From: a virus
Virus record (IMG/VR): IMGVR_UViG_3300046171_000182
Coordinates: 32,001 to 96,000 of that record
Direction: 5' to 3' (one strand)
Length of the DNA stretch: 64,000 nucleotides
Part shown: positions 10,203 through 19,386 of the stretch, piece by piece
Position numbering within the stretch: position 1 is the stretch's first letter
Layout of the letters: the number at the start of each line of letters is the position of its first letter
Position numbers and translations under genes: made by a program
The notes under the pieces: generated by a model
Databases searched by the model: none
What the model saw: only the letters and a program-made list of their open reading frames with translations
What the model was told of the DNA's origin: nothing

Positions 10203-10225
10203 ATCTTGCTTGATCAAAAGGAGAT
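10203..10225 (+). promoter_or_regulatory. ROSE-like RNA thermometer hairpin
   Basis: ATCTTGCTT pairs with AAGGAGAT (the SD) with a bulged G; contains the UUGCU motif; directly 5' of a small heat-shock gene. Confidence 0.7.
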
Positions 10226-10229
10226 AACA

Positions 10230-10703
10230 ATGACAGGCGTACACACACTTTTCCCACGTTCATCTTTCGTAGGGTTTGACCATTTATTCAATGAACTTGA
10301 ATGGACAGCAAAACACTCGAACGATCATTATCCACCCCATAACATTATTAGAGCCACAGAAACAGATTATCTGATTGAATTGGCTATTGCTGGGTTTACA
10401 AAAGATGAAATAACTGTAGAAGTTAAAGATAGAACTTTGACTGTTACAGGGGAACATGTTTCTAAAGGTAGAGAGTTTATCCATCGTGGCATTTCGACAA
10501 AGAAATTTAAGCGTACTTTTAGGCTGTCCGAACACGTAAACGTAAACGGAGCAGATATTCAGGATGGCATCTTGGCAATTGAATTGCAATATGTTATTCC
10601 AGAAGAAATGCGTCCTCGTAAAATTAATATTGGAAAATTTAACGAGGTCGAACATGACACAAGCAATACTAACGGCACACAGCTACTCAACGAGGGCAGT
10701 TGA
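10230..10703 (+). CDS. Small heat shock protein (Hsp20/IbpA-like)
   Basis: YPPHNI, IELAIAGF, HRGIS..FKRTFRL, DGILAIEL. Confidence 0.93.
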   Translation: MTGVHTLFPRSSFVGFDHLFNELEWTAKHSNDHYPPHNIIRATETDYLIELAIAGFTKDEITVEVKDRTLTVTGEHVSKGREFIHRGISTKKFKRTFRLSEHVNVNGADIQDGILAIELQYVIPEEMRPRKINIGKFNEVEHDTSNTNGTQLLNEGS

Positions 10704-10908
10704 ACTAATCATGGACGCAATCAAAAGCGTCTACAACGCACGGATTGAGCGGAAAGCGATTCGGGAAACTGAAAAAGCTCTAAGCAGTCTATCTGATTAT
10801 GACTTAGCAGACATTGGCATTAGCCGCGGCGAGATCTATGAGATCGCTAGGTATAAATCGTCTATTGAACACGTCAAAGTAAATCAAAATTTGCAAGGAT
10901 GGGTTTAA
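10654..10908 (+). CDS. DUF1127 family small protein
   Basis: LSSLSDYDLADIGISRGEI signature; GAGG RBS before the ATG. Confidence 0.8.
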   Translation: MTQAILTAHSYSTRAVELIMDAIKSVYNARIERKAIRETEKALSSLSDYDLADIGISRGEIYEIARYKSSIEHVKVNQNLQGWV

Positions 10909-11081
10909 TGACAACAGCAGTAATGTCTACTATATTCTCGCCCTTATCGGGTTTGTGGTCCTCTATCGATCGTTTTACCCAAGTGGTGGGATATTCGAGA
11001 GCGGCAGCGGAACTCGCAAGGCTTGGGTATCAAGAGGAAGCGAAAGCGTGCATGATGCAGGTTACAAAATTGCGTAACTAA
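10908..11081 (+). CDS. Small hypothetical protein (GYSRAAAELARLGYQEEAK motif)
   Basis: Coupled TAATG start; resembles Rhodobacteraceae small proteins (from memory). Confidence 0.55.
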   Translation: MTTAVMSTIFSPLSGLWSSIDRFTQVVGYSRAAAELARLGYQEEAKACMMQVTKLRN

Positions 11082-11109
11082 AATATATAGAACAATAGCC
11101 AGAGGTGAT

Positions 11110-11517
11110 ATGATAAAAAACATTGTAAATAAAATTCCAGAATTTTGTATGAGTCATTGGCTTTTTCGTATTCCATTGGCTATTGTTTTTCTACAGCAAG
11201 GCTTTACTAAATTGCCAGTAACAATAGAAGGTGCAGAAAGTTTTGACTTGCCTTACATTGTGTGGTGGTTTGTAGCATACGGTGAGATCGGTGCTGGTAT
11301 CGGCTTGCTTGTAGGCGGAGCCATTATATGGCAGAAGCTAAAAGAAATTAATGATATTATAACTCGGTTCAGCGGTATTACAATTTGTAGTATTATGACA
11401 GGAGTTATATGGGTAGGTCAACCAGAAAGTTTCTGGGATGTTATCTTATATGATAACTTCCATGTGTTTCTTTGGGTTGGCGGTTTATATTTTGCACTGA
11501 GAGGTAATAGAACATGA
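11110..11517 (+). CDS. DoxX-family membrane protein
   Basis: R..LAIVFLQQG..K and VAYGEIGAGIGLLVG; several TM segments. Confidence 0.75.
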   Translation: MIKNIVNKIPEFCMSHWLFRIPLAIVFLQQGFTKLPVTIEGAESFDLPYIVWWFVAYGEIGAGIGLLVGGAIIWQKLKEINDIITRFSGITICSIMTGVIWVGQPESFWDVILYDNFHVFLWVGGLYFALRGNRT

Positions 11518-11714
11518 GAGAGCAACTAATTAAGGCAGTTAGAATGCACGCAGAAGGTGAGCTAGAGCGGGCTAAAACTAATTTTGAGGTCTACTTAAAT
11601 CATCCTGTAGGCATTGGTGAACATAGCGATATTGTTGAAGCTATGCAGAAAGAGCTAAGTACTATGGGTCACGCATCCGAACGATTAGAAATGCTAGCTA
11701 AGCATTTTGAATAA
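11514..11714 (+). CDS. Hypothetical protein
   Basis: 66 aa ORF containing HPVGIGEHSDIVE. Confidence 0.6.
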   Translation: MREQLIKAVRMHAEGELERAKTNFEVYLNHPVGIGEHSDIVEAMQKELSTMGHASERLEMLAKHFE

Positions 11715-11869
11715 TGAGCGAGAACTATTGTACTACTAAAGGGCTAGGATGGGCCTTTCTAATTATTATTATTGGAATGGTAGGTATGCCTATTCTTGGG
11801 TCAGCGATTGCTTATCCAGACAACTGTAAGCAGTCCATTCTTATTCCATGCATAGGACTAGGTGAATAA
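11714..11869 (+). CDS. Small membrane protein (51 aa)
   Basis: Hand-translated MSENYCTTKGLGWAFLIIIIGMVGMPILG...; one TM helix. Confidence 0.55.
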   Translation: MSENYCTTKGLGWAFLIIIIGMVGMPILGSAIAYPDNCKQSILIPCIGLGE

Positions 11870-12061
11870 ATGCACTTTACTATTATTAATAATAGCACTG
11901 GTGAAACATTTGACATGGAATTTGATTCTCATGAACAGAAAGAAAAGTGGCTTGATCTATCCAAGGGGTTTAAATGCCTTGGTGAAGTACAAGGTGACTA
12001 TCTTCCAACTCGTCACGTGAGAATGAGAAACAAAGAGGACCACGCAGGATGGGGGAGTTAG
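11870..12061 (+). CDS. Hypothetical protein
   Basis: Tightly packed ORF. Confidence 0.5.
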   Translation: MHFTIINNSTGETFDMEFDSHEQKEKWLDLSKGFKCLGEVQGDYLPTRHVRMRNKEDHAGWGS

Positions 12062-12267
12062 ACCCAAGAGCAGAAGCTCAAGAAGAAGCTGAAGTAACAT
12101 TTGACGCTTTTATGTTATGGACAAAAAGAGTTACAATGTATGCTGCAATATTTCTTGGTATTGTTGTGTTTGGTTGTAATGCAGGAGTAGAAACTGGTAA
12201 AAATAAGACTGGCTCTCAATATAACGGAGAACAGTACGACCCATATAATTTAAATAAGGATAAGTAA
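12049..12267 (+). CDS. Possible aa3-type cytochrome c oxidase subunit IV-like protein
   Basis: E.TFDAF..W followed by a single TM helix, reminiscent of alphaproteobacterial CtaH. Confidence 0.4.
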   Translation: MGELDPRAEAQEEAEVTFDAFMLWTKRVTMYAAIFLGIVVFGCNAGVETGKNKTGSQYNGEQYDPYNLNKDK

Positions 12268-12593
12268 TGAATGGAAGTATAAAAGCATTTCCTCCTATGG
12301 CTTTGTGGATAGTAGCCAAGGAAGGGTGGAAGAGTATAATGACTATAGAGCATTCGCCTCTTCGTAAACTACCACCTCAACTCGGATTAATGGTATTTTT
12401 GATTCTGTCAGTTATGTGGAGTGGCATCTTTGCTGCTCTTATAAGCAACCCATACATATTTGGTTGGACAGCTGGCGGACATGTACTAGTTGTTTCCGGA
12501 ATTTTTATAACAGCAATTGTTCATCAACAGGCTGATAAGTATCCCACGCACATGAAGTATAGTGGAAGAAGCGCTAATGGTGAACACGAATAA
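12267..12593 (+). CDS. Membrane hypothetical protein
   Basis: Two TM segments. Confidence 0.55.
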   Translation: MNGSIKAFPPMALWIVAKEGWKSIMTIEHSPLRKLPPQLGLMVFLILSVMWSGIFAALISNPYIFGWTAGGHVLVVSGIFITAIVHQQADKYPTHMKYSGRSANGEHE

Positions 12594-12602
12594 GGATAAG
12601 AT

Positions 12603-13034
12603 ATGAATAAAGCTCTAATATTTACTATGGTACTTACCTTTTTGAGTACTATGATTATATCAGCTGCTAACGCAGGAGATATTACTATTGAAATGTTGAA
12701 CAAACGTGATGATGGACAAAAGATGGTTTACTCGGCAGATATTGCTAGAGTAGAAGTAGGTACTACAATAACATGGATTCCGACGTCAAAAGGACATAAC
12801 GTAGAATTTATTGCTGGACCTGATGAATGGGATATGCCGAAGAAATCAAAGAACAATAAAGAAGTTTCTATTACCTTTGATGTTCCAGGCGTTTATGTAT
12901 ATCAATGTACGCCGCACGCAACAATGGGCATGATTGCTTTAGTTGTAGTTGGTGATGGTGATAATGACGTATCTAAAGCAAAGGTACGAGGAAAGTCTAA
13001 AAGAAAGCTAAAGGAACTTTTAAAGGAGCTGTAA
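12603..13034 (+). CDS. Pseudoazurin-like blue copper protein
   Basis: Signal peptide; IEMLNK, KGHNVE and CTPHATMGM give type-1 Cu ligands His, Cys, His, Met. Confidence 0.9.
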   Translation: MNKALIFTMVLTFLSTMIISAANAGDITIEMLNKRDDGQKMVYSADIARVEVGTTITWIPTSKGHNVEFIAGPDEWDMPKKSKNNKEVSITFDVPGVYVYQCTPHATMGMIALVVVGDGDNDVSKAKVRGKSKRKLKELLKEL

Positions 13035-13082
13035 TGCTTGATCCTGATCACTCATATCGAAAAAAAGTTGGAAAATAAAAAT

Positions 13083-13103
13083 GGCGCTTCGGCGCCTTTT
13101 TTT
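13083..13103 (+). terminator. Intrinsic terminator
   Basis: GGCGC-TTCG-GCGCC followed by 7 T. Confidence 0.85.
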
Positions 13104-13104
13104 G

Positions 13105-13133
13105 TTTACATTCCTCGCAAAATGTGATAGAAT
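13105..13133 (+). promoter_or_regulatory. Early/middle-type promoter for gp43
   Basis: TTTACA-N17-TAGAAT. Confidence 0.75.
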
Positions 13134-13157
13134 AAGTATATCGTTGGAGGTTTTTAT

Positions 13158-15668
13158 TTGTCATTCTATACATCAGTAAATCGCTATGGGAATCAGATCC
13201 TGTATTGCGGCTATAACGACAATGGCGTACGTGTCGAAAAGAAAATAAAGTTTGCGCCCACACTTTTTATTCCAAGTAAAAATAAAAATGCCGAGTGGCT
13301 TGCCCTCGATGGCACTCCAGTAGAACCCATGGGGTTTCCTACTATGAGAGATGCCAAGAATTTTATCGACCAATATAAAGACGTCGATCAGTTTAAAGTA
13401 TATGGTAATACAAACTACATTCAACAATGTATTACTGACATGTTTCCAAGTGAAATAAAGTTCCACACAAATCAAGTCAATATCGTTAATTTTGATATTG
13501 AGGTTATGTCTGATGACGGCTTTCCAAAACCAGAAGAAGCAATTCAGCCAATTATTTCTATTGCTCTAAAATCTAGTCAATCTTCAATCTATCACGTTTG
13601 GGGCTTAGGAGATTATGACTATGAAAAGTGTTCTATAGAAATGCATGGCGATCTTATTCAATATCGTAAGTTCGATACTGAAGAAGCTCTATTGGCCAGC
13701 TTCCATAAATATTGGTGTGATAACAGGCCGGACATTGTTACTGGTTGGAATAGTCGCTTCTTCGATATTCCTTATCTCATTAATCGTATTGCACGTATTG
13801 GATCCATGGAGGCCGTAAAAAGATTGTCGCCTTGGAATATGGTAAACGAACGTAATACAGAAATCACAGGCCGTACTCAGTATGGCTATGAAATTGTCGG
13901 CATACAGCAGGCCGACTATCTCGAACTATTTAAGAAATTTGGTTATTCATATGGCGCACAAGAATCATACAAGCTTGATCACATTGCTCACGTTGTTCTC
14001 GGTGAAAAGAAGTTATCTTACGAAGAACATGGCAATCTATATACCTTGTATAAAGAAGATCATCAAAAGTTTATAGACTATAACATCAAAGATGTTCAGC
14101 TCGTCAATCGAATCGAAGAAAAGATGGGCCTCATTGAGCTTGCTCAAACTATGGCGTATCGTGGCGGTGTTAATCTTTCTGATACCTTTGGCGTAACATC
14201 GATATGGGATTCTATTATCTATCGTGAGCTTAACAAGAAAAAGGTTGCGATACCGCCTAACAATGAAAAGATTAAAAACCCATATGCTGGCGGTTATGTG
14301 AAAGAACCTCAAGTCGGTCTACATGACTGGGTCGTATCCTTCGATCTTAATTCTCTGTATCCAAACCTAATTGTACAATACAATATGTCACCAGAGACGC
14401 TTATAGGTCAAACAGAGCGCTCCGGTGTTGATTATTATCTTGAGCTAGATGGCAAGGTTTCATCTCAGCATTCTGTAGCTGCTAATGGTTCGACATATCA
14501 TAAACAATTTCAAGGCATTTTGCCTAAGATTATTGAAGCATATTATGCTGAGCGTAGTCAGATCAAAAAAGAAATGCTTAGCGTTGAGCAAGAATATCAA
14601 AAGAATAAAACCGTTGAACTTGAACGTGAAATCAATCGATACAATAATCGTCAGATGTCTATTAAAATCTTGCTTAACTCTCTTTATGGCGCGCTAGGTA
14701 ATAAGTACTTTCGATATTTTGATATGCGTATGGCCGAAGGTATTACTTTGTCTGGCCAACTTTCTGTACTATGGGCTGAAAAAGCCGTTAATGAGGAGAT
14801 GAACAATGTACTCAAGACTGATAATGTTGACTATGTTATCGCTATTGATACTGATTCTTTGTATATTAACATGGGCGATCTCGTAGAACAATTTAAACCA
14901 AAAGATCCTGTTAAGTTTCTTGATCAGATTTGCTCAGATCATTTTGAAAAGGTGTTGAGTAAATCGTATGCAAAACTATTTGACAAGATGAATGCATATA
15001 AGCCCCGCATGGAGATGGGCAGAGAAGTTATTGCCGATCGTGGTATCTGGACTGCAAAGAAACGTTATATTCTAAATGTCCATAACTCAGAAGGCGTACA
15101 ATATGCTGAACCTAAACTTAAGATCATGGGCATTGAAGCTATTAAGTCTTCAACTCCAGAAGTAGTTCGTGATAAATTTAAGCAAGCGTTTAAGATTATT
15201 ATTAGTGGCTCTGAAGATAAAACACAAGAATTCATCACAAATTTCTATAATGAGTTTCGATCTCTTCCTCCTGAAAATATATCTTTTCCACGTGGTGCCC
15301 GGGAGGTAACTAAGTGGGCAACAAAAAAAGGTGAAAAAATCGCATATAAAAAGGGAACGCCTATTCACATCCGTGGCAGTTTGTTGTATAATGGTCTTAT
15401 TGATAAATATAATTTACATAAGAAATATGCCAAGATTCAGAATGGCGAGAAGATAAAGTTTTGTTATCTCAAGACTCCTAATCCGATTCATGAGAATGTC
15501 ATTGCTTTTCCAGATTATTTGCCAAAAGAATTTGGACTAGAGAAGTTTGTAGATTACGACTTACAGTTTTCTAAAACGTTTAGCGATCCGCTAAAACCTA
15601 TTCTAGATCCAACTGGTTGGTTTATTAATTATGATAACTCAAACACGTTGGAGGATTTCTTTGTATGA
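13158..15668 (+). CDS. gp43: Family B DNA polymerase gp43
   Basis: DIE exonuclease motif, DLNSLYP, KILLNSLYG, DTDS, KKRY; TTG start with GGAGG RBS. Confidence 0.97.
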   Translation: MSFYTSVNRYGNQILYCGYNDNGVRVEKKIKFAPTLFIPSKNKNAEWLALDGTPVEPMGFPTMRDAKNFIDQYKDVDQFKVYGNTNYIQQCITDMFPSEIKFHTNQVNIVNFDIEVMSDDGFPKPEEAIQPIISIALKSSQSSIYHVWGLGDYDYEKCSIEMHGDLIQYRKFDTEEALLASFHKYWCDNRPDIVTGWNSRFFDIPYLINRIARIGSMEAVKRLSPWNMVNERNTEITGRTQYGYEIVGIQQADYLELFKKFGYSYGAQESYKLDHIAHVVLGEKKLSYEEHGNLYTLYKEDHQKFIDYNIKDVQLVNRIEEKMGLIELAQTMAYRGGVNLSDTFGVTSIWDSIIYRELNKKKVAIPPNNEKIKNPYAGGYVKEPQVGLHDWVVSFDLNSLYPNLIVQYNMSPETLIGQTERSGVDYYLELDGKVSSQHSVAANGSTYHKQFQGILPKIIEAYYAERSQIKKEMLSVEQEYQKNKTVELEREINRYNNRQMSIKILLNSLYGALGNKYFRYFDMRMAEGITLSGQLSVLWAEKAVNEEMNNVLKTDNVDYVIAIDTDSLYINMGDLVEQFKPKDPVKFLDQICSDHFEKVLSKSYAKLFDKMNAYKPRMEMGREVIADRGIWTAKKRYILNVHNSEGVQYAEPKLKIMGIEAIKSSTPEVVRDKFKQAFKIIISGSEDKTQEFITNFYNEFRSLPPENISFPRGAREVTKWATKKGEKIAYKKGTPIHIRGSLLYNGLIDKYNLHKKYAKIQNGEKIKFCYLKTPNPIHENVIAFPDYLPKEFGLEKFVDYDLQFSKTFSDPLKPILDPTGWFINYDNSNTLEDFFV

Positions 15669-15874
15669 CAAACTGGCTAAAAAGACTTTTGTATGACAAG
15701 TACGAAGTCACAATATGGTTTACAGAAGATGGCAAGAAAACTAAAAGTTTCTTTGAATTAACTGAACTAAATAAGATTGACCAAACATCTTTGCGCGGTA
15801 GAGATATGGATGGTCGTAAAATTAATATCAAGACTACCGAGAAATTTGATTATCAAGTGAGGAAAATATACTGA
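15665..15874 (+). CDS. Hypothetical protein
   Basis: Coupled ATGA overlap. Confidence 0.55.
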   Translation: MTNWLKRLLYDKYEVTIWFTEDGKKTKSFFELTELNKIDQTSLRGRDMDGRKINIKTTEKFDYQVRKIY

Positions 15875-16320
15875 TGAGTGATTGGGCTAATGACATTTAT
15901 ATGATGCATAATAAATTTGGCGTCAAAGAATGGTTCGAAAAAAATAAAGATGATAAAGATCTAATGCAGAAATATATTATGTTTCGTATGCTTATGATCG
16001 GTGAAGAATATCAAGAAACTTTATCTGCTATTAATAACTCTGATGCTGAAGAAGTGGTTGATGGTTTGATTGACATGTGCGTCTTTGCTATCGGTACTCT
16101 TGATGTTATGGGAGTAGATGCTAATAAAGCATGGGACAAAGTCTATGAAGCTAATATGGCTAAACAGCCTGGTGTAAAACCGGGTCGACCTAACCGATTT
16201 GGTCTACCAGATCTGCTAAAGCCTAGTAGATGGCAACCACCTGAGCATAAAGGTAACCACGGCGATTTGAATCTAGCTATAGGCACACCGCCGGTAATCG
16301 CTGTCGATGACGGCTGGTAA
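15874..16320 (+). CDS. MazG-like nucleotide pyrophosphohydrolase (candidate dCTPase/dUTPase)
   Basis: EEYQE...EEVVDGLID...ANMAK all-alpha NTP-PPase pattern. Confidence 0.75.
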   Translation: MSDWANDIYMMHNKFGVKEWFEKNKDDKDLMQKYIMFRMLMIGEEYQETLSAINNSDAEEVVDGLIDMCVFAIGTLDVMGVDANKAWDKVYEANMAKQPGVKPGRPNRFGLPDLLKPSRWQPPEHKGNHGDLNLAIGTPPVIAVDDGW

Positions 16321-16324
16321 TACC

Positions 16325-17254
16325 ATGGCGATTTCGCTAACGCTCTTTAAGAGCGTCTTTGATAATAAGACGCATCGTAGAATGGACTTCGAGAACTGGC
16401 AACAGCTCTCGGAGCTCTTCTATAAACTGTCTAAACAACCTTTGAAAGGAAAGAAAGATGCGCAACTTATATCACCAGCTGTATATGTTCCTGATACAAC
16501 TAGGGCCAACAAGAATGTGGATGCTTGGGCAGGTTGGGCTGCTATTGATGTTGACGATCACGCTTTTAAAGGCAAACTAGAAGATGAACTTAATGAGCGC
16601 TTTGGTAATTACACATATGTGTGTTATAGTACCGCTAGTAGCACTCATGAATTTCCAAAGTTTCGTGTGGTTTTCCCACTTAAAAGTTCGGTTGAGCAAG
16701 ATAAGATCAAGCACTTCTGGTATGCGCTCAACTCAGAGCTTGGTAATATGGCAGATAAACAGACTAAAGACTTATCTCGTATGTATTATATTCCTGCAAC
16801 TTACGATAACGCTTATAACTTCATCTTCTCTAATGATAATGGCGAATATGTTGATCCAGCCAAACTCATGGGAAAATATGAGTACGCACAAAAATCAAGC
16901 AAAAACTTTATCGACAGACTCCCTGAAGCTTTACAAAAACAAGTTCTTGAACACAAAAAATCAAAACTAGATAATACAAATATAGTATGGACAAGCTATC
17001 GCGATTGTCCTTTCTGGCCAAAGAAATTGGCTAGCGAATACCAGATTATATCTAATACGGGTTGGTATCATAAAATGTACCAGATAATGGTTGCGGTTGC
17101 GGCAAGAGCTGTTGAACGGCAGTATCCAATCACATCACATGAGATAACTAATCTATGTCGAGAGTTTGATATGGGAACCGGTAACTGGTATGAGAATCGT
17201 CCTATGGACGTAGAAGCAGATAGGGCACTAGAATATGTTTACAAAAATATCTAA
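16325..17254 (+). CDS. Putative primase/PrimPol-like protein
   Basis: AIDVDD, YSTASS, KFRVVFPL, D.QTKDLSRMYY resemble AEP-type primase motifs. Confidence 0.6.
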   Translation: MAISLTLFKSVFDNKTHRRMDFENWQQLSELFYKLSKQPLKGKKDAQLISPAVYVPDTTRANKNVDAWAGWAAIDVDDHAFKGKLEDELNERFGNYTYVCYSTASSTHEFPKFRVVFPLKSSVEQDKIKHFWYALNSELGNMADKQTKDLSRMYYIPATYDNAYNFIFSNDNGEYVDPAKLMGKYEYAQKSSKNFIDRLPEALQKQVLEHKKSKLDNTNIVWTSYRDCPFWPKKLASEYQIISNTGWYHKMYQIMVAVAARAVERQYPITSHEITNLCREFDMGTGNWYENRPMDVEADRALEYVYKNI

Positions 17255-17720
17255 ATTTAACGCAAAAGATATTGATCCAGTATCTTTAAGAAATAGAGCT
17301 AAAAATGAGGCTAACGCAATTTGGAATAATCCCAAATCAAGGCGAGGTAGGACTTATAAAAAACTATTAGCCGATTGTATGCTAGGACAGGCTGCTGAAA
17401 TTAATTTATTGAATTGCGGTTATAAAGATAATACTACAAAATATATGGACGTAAAAGAGCCTGATGAAACTACTGTTGAGGTCAAAGTAATTACAAATAA
17501 GAATTTAAGATATGTAGAAGCTTCGGTAAACAATACGTTAGACAGATGCGCAAAACAAAAATTAGCATCGCTGAGTTCACAAGTATATGAATTTGCAAAA
17601 AAGATTTATATGTACACGTGCGATGAAAAAACACCAGACTATAATCTTATTGGTATATACGAATGGAATGATTCTAAAAAACAATTTATTGGTGTACAAA
17701 AATCTAATGATGTGTTATAA
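17235..17720 (+). CDS. Hypothetical protein, possible PD-(D/E)XK-like fold
   Basis: GQAAE...DV....VEVK pattern. Confidence 0.4.
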   Translation: MFTKISKFNAKDIDPVSLRNRAKNEANAIWNNPKSRRGRTYKKLLADCMLGQAAEINLLNCGYKDNTTKYMDVKEPDETTVEVKVITNKNLRYVEASVNNTLDRCAKQKLASLSSQVYEFAKKIYMYTCDEKTPDYNLIGIYEWNDSKKQFIGVQKSNDVL

Positions 17721-17721
17721 T
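17693..17721 (+). promoter_or_regulatory. Early/middle-type promoter
   Basis: TGTACA-N17-TATAAT. Confidence 0.75.
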
Positions 17722-17741
17722 AGAGTGAGAAAGGATATGTT

Positions 17742-18086
17742 ATGAAAGAATCACTAAAAGTCCTGCAAGAATGTGCAGAAATTCAAGCAAGAAAATCTAA
17801 CGACTATCAGAACGAAAACTCACGTATTCGTCAAGCTGATTATTATCCACGTGGCGTCATGTCAATTATGGAATTGATTAACACAAAGACTATTCGTCTA
17901 TGGTCTGTACTTGAAGCTATGGAGAATGATCCTAACTATGAGCCTAACTTTGAAGGCGTTGAAGACTCCCTCAAAGATTTAATTAACTATTCTTCGTTTG
18001 CTGTCGCATACGCTCGTGGTAAGATTGACGGTCAAGACCCTAATCGCGATTTCTTAAACAGGACCAGAAAAAATGACAAAGTATGA
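17742..18086 (+). CDS. DUF1599 / nucleotide-modification-associated domain protein
   Basis: RKSNDY...K..RL...EDSLKDLINY pattern. Confidence 0.6.
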   Translation: MKESLKVLQECAEIQARKSNDYQNENSRIRQADYYPRGVMSIMELINTKTIRLWSVLEAMENDPNYEPNFEGVEDSLKDLINYSSFAVAYARGKIDGQDPNRDFLNRTRKNDKV

Positions 18087-18276
18087 AGAGATAGATTTAT
18101 TAAAAAGAAATATTCATGATTTGCAAAGACAATTGCAGGATGCTTATATTAGAATCAAAGAACTAAATAATGAGATTCCTGATGGAACTGGCCATGGTCC
18201 AGCTATTATAGATGACGGGTGGGCAGACGAAACTGATATTCAAATCATGTCTACTAGTAGAGGACACAACCAATAA
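18073..18276 (+). CDS. Small coiled-coil hypothetical protein
   Basis: Packed ORF. Confidence 0.5.
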   Translation: MTKYEEIDLLKRNIHDLQRQLQDAYIRIKELNNEIPDGTGHGPAIIDDGWADETDIQIMSTSRGHNQ

Positions 18277-19058
18277 TGTTAAGAGTTATTGCTGGACCAT
18301 GTCAACACGAATCGCTAGAGCAGTCAATGGAGATTGCCAAGCATTGTAAAGATGTATGCGATAAGTATGATATTGAATACGTCTTTAAAGCTAGTTTTGA
18401 TAAGGCAAATAGAACATCTCTTAATGGTGAACGAGGACTAGGTCTGGTGCCAACAGCATATAGTTTTATAGATATTAAACAAGAGATTCCTGGCTTAAAA
18501 ACATTAACAGATGTTCATAGTGTTGAACAAATCAGAACGATTAGAAATCAGTTTAATTCTTGTATTGATGTATTACAGATACCAGCATTCTTATGTAGAC
18601 AAACTGATATAATTAGAGAAGCTTGTCGTACAGATAAGATAGTTAATATTAAGAAAGGCCAGTTCTTGGCACCTTGGGATGTAGCTGGCATTCTAAGTAA
18701 AACAAAAGATGCTAAAGAAGTCTGGATAACAGAAAGAGGATCGAGTTTTGGTTATAATAATCTTGTTGTTGATTTTAATGGTTTGCAGTACATGCTTGAT
18801 AACTATAGCGTTCCGATTGTATTTGATGCAACACACTCGTGCCAGAAACCTGGTGGAAGCGGTGAAAGTTCAGGTGGCAATCGTGCTTGGGTCCCAGGGC
18901 TTACTCGTGCTGCTTCTGCTATGGGTGTATCTAACTTCTTCTTAGAAGTACATCCAGATCCAGATAACGCACCATCCGATGGACCAAATATGTTAAAACT
19001 AGAAGACTTCGATAGAGTTATAGAAAAAATAGTGGAGTGTAATTATGATCGCGGGTAA
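18276..19058 (+). CDS. kdsA: KDO-8-phosphate synthase
   Basis: IAGPC, FKASFDKANRTS, QIPAFLCRQTD, KKGQF, FDATHS, SDG. Confidence 0.93.
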   Translation: MLRVIAGPCQHESLEQSMEIAKHCKDVCDKYDIEYVFKASFDKANRTSLNGERGLGLVPTAYSFIDIKQEIPGLKTLTDVHSVEQIRTIRNQFNSCIDVLQIPAFLCRQTDIIREACRTDKIVNIKKGQFLAPWDVAGILSKTKDAKEVWITERGSSFGYNNLVVDFNGLQYMLDNYSVPIVFDATHSCQKPGGSGESSGGNRAWVPGLTRAASAMGVSNFFLEVHPDPDNAPSDGPNMLKLEDFDRVIEKIVECNYDRG

Positions 19059-19386
19059 AGTTTGGGGTAATACGGAGCTGATAGAAGCAAACGGCGCTCT
19101 AGAGTTTCATAGAATTGAAATGAATAAAGGCGGTGTTTGTTCTAAGCACCTGCATGAGTTTAAATGGAATGGATTCTATGTTGAGTCTGGTCGTATGCTT
19201 ATTCGCGTATGGCAAAAAGATTATGATTTAGTAGACGAAACAATATTAGACCCAGGTGATTATACTAAAGTTAAACCTGGCGTCTATCATCAATTTGAAT
19301 GTTTAGAATCTGGAGTCGCTTTTGAATTGTATTGGGCAGAATTTAATCATAACGACATTAAGAGAGAAACTGTTGGTCATGCATGA
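19045..19386 (+). CDS. Cupin-domain protein (sugar isomerase-like)
   Basis: KVWG, SKHLH..K...F, PGVYHQF. Confidence 0.7.
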   Translation: MIAGKVWGNTELIEANGALEFHRIEMNKGGVCSKHLHEFKWNGFYVESGRMLIRVWQKDYDLVDETILDPGDYTKVKPGVYHQFECLESGVAFELYWAEFNHNDIKRETVGHA

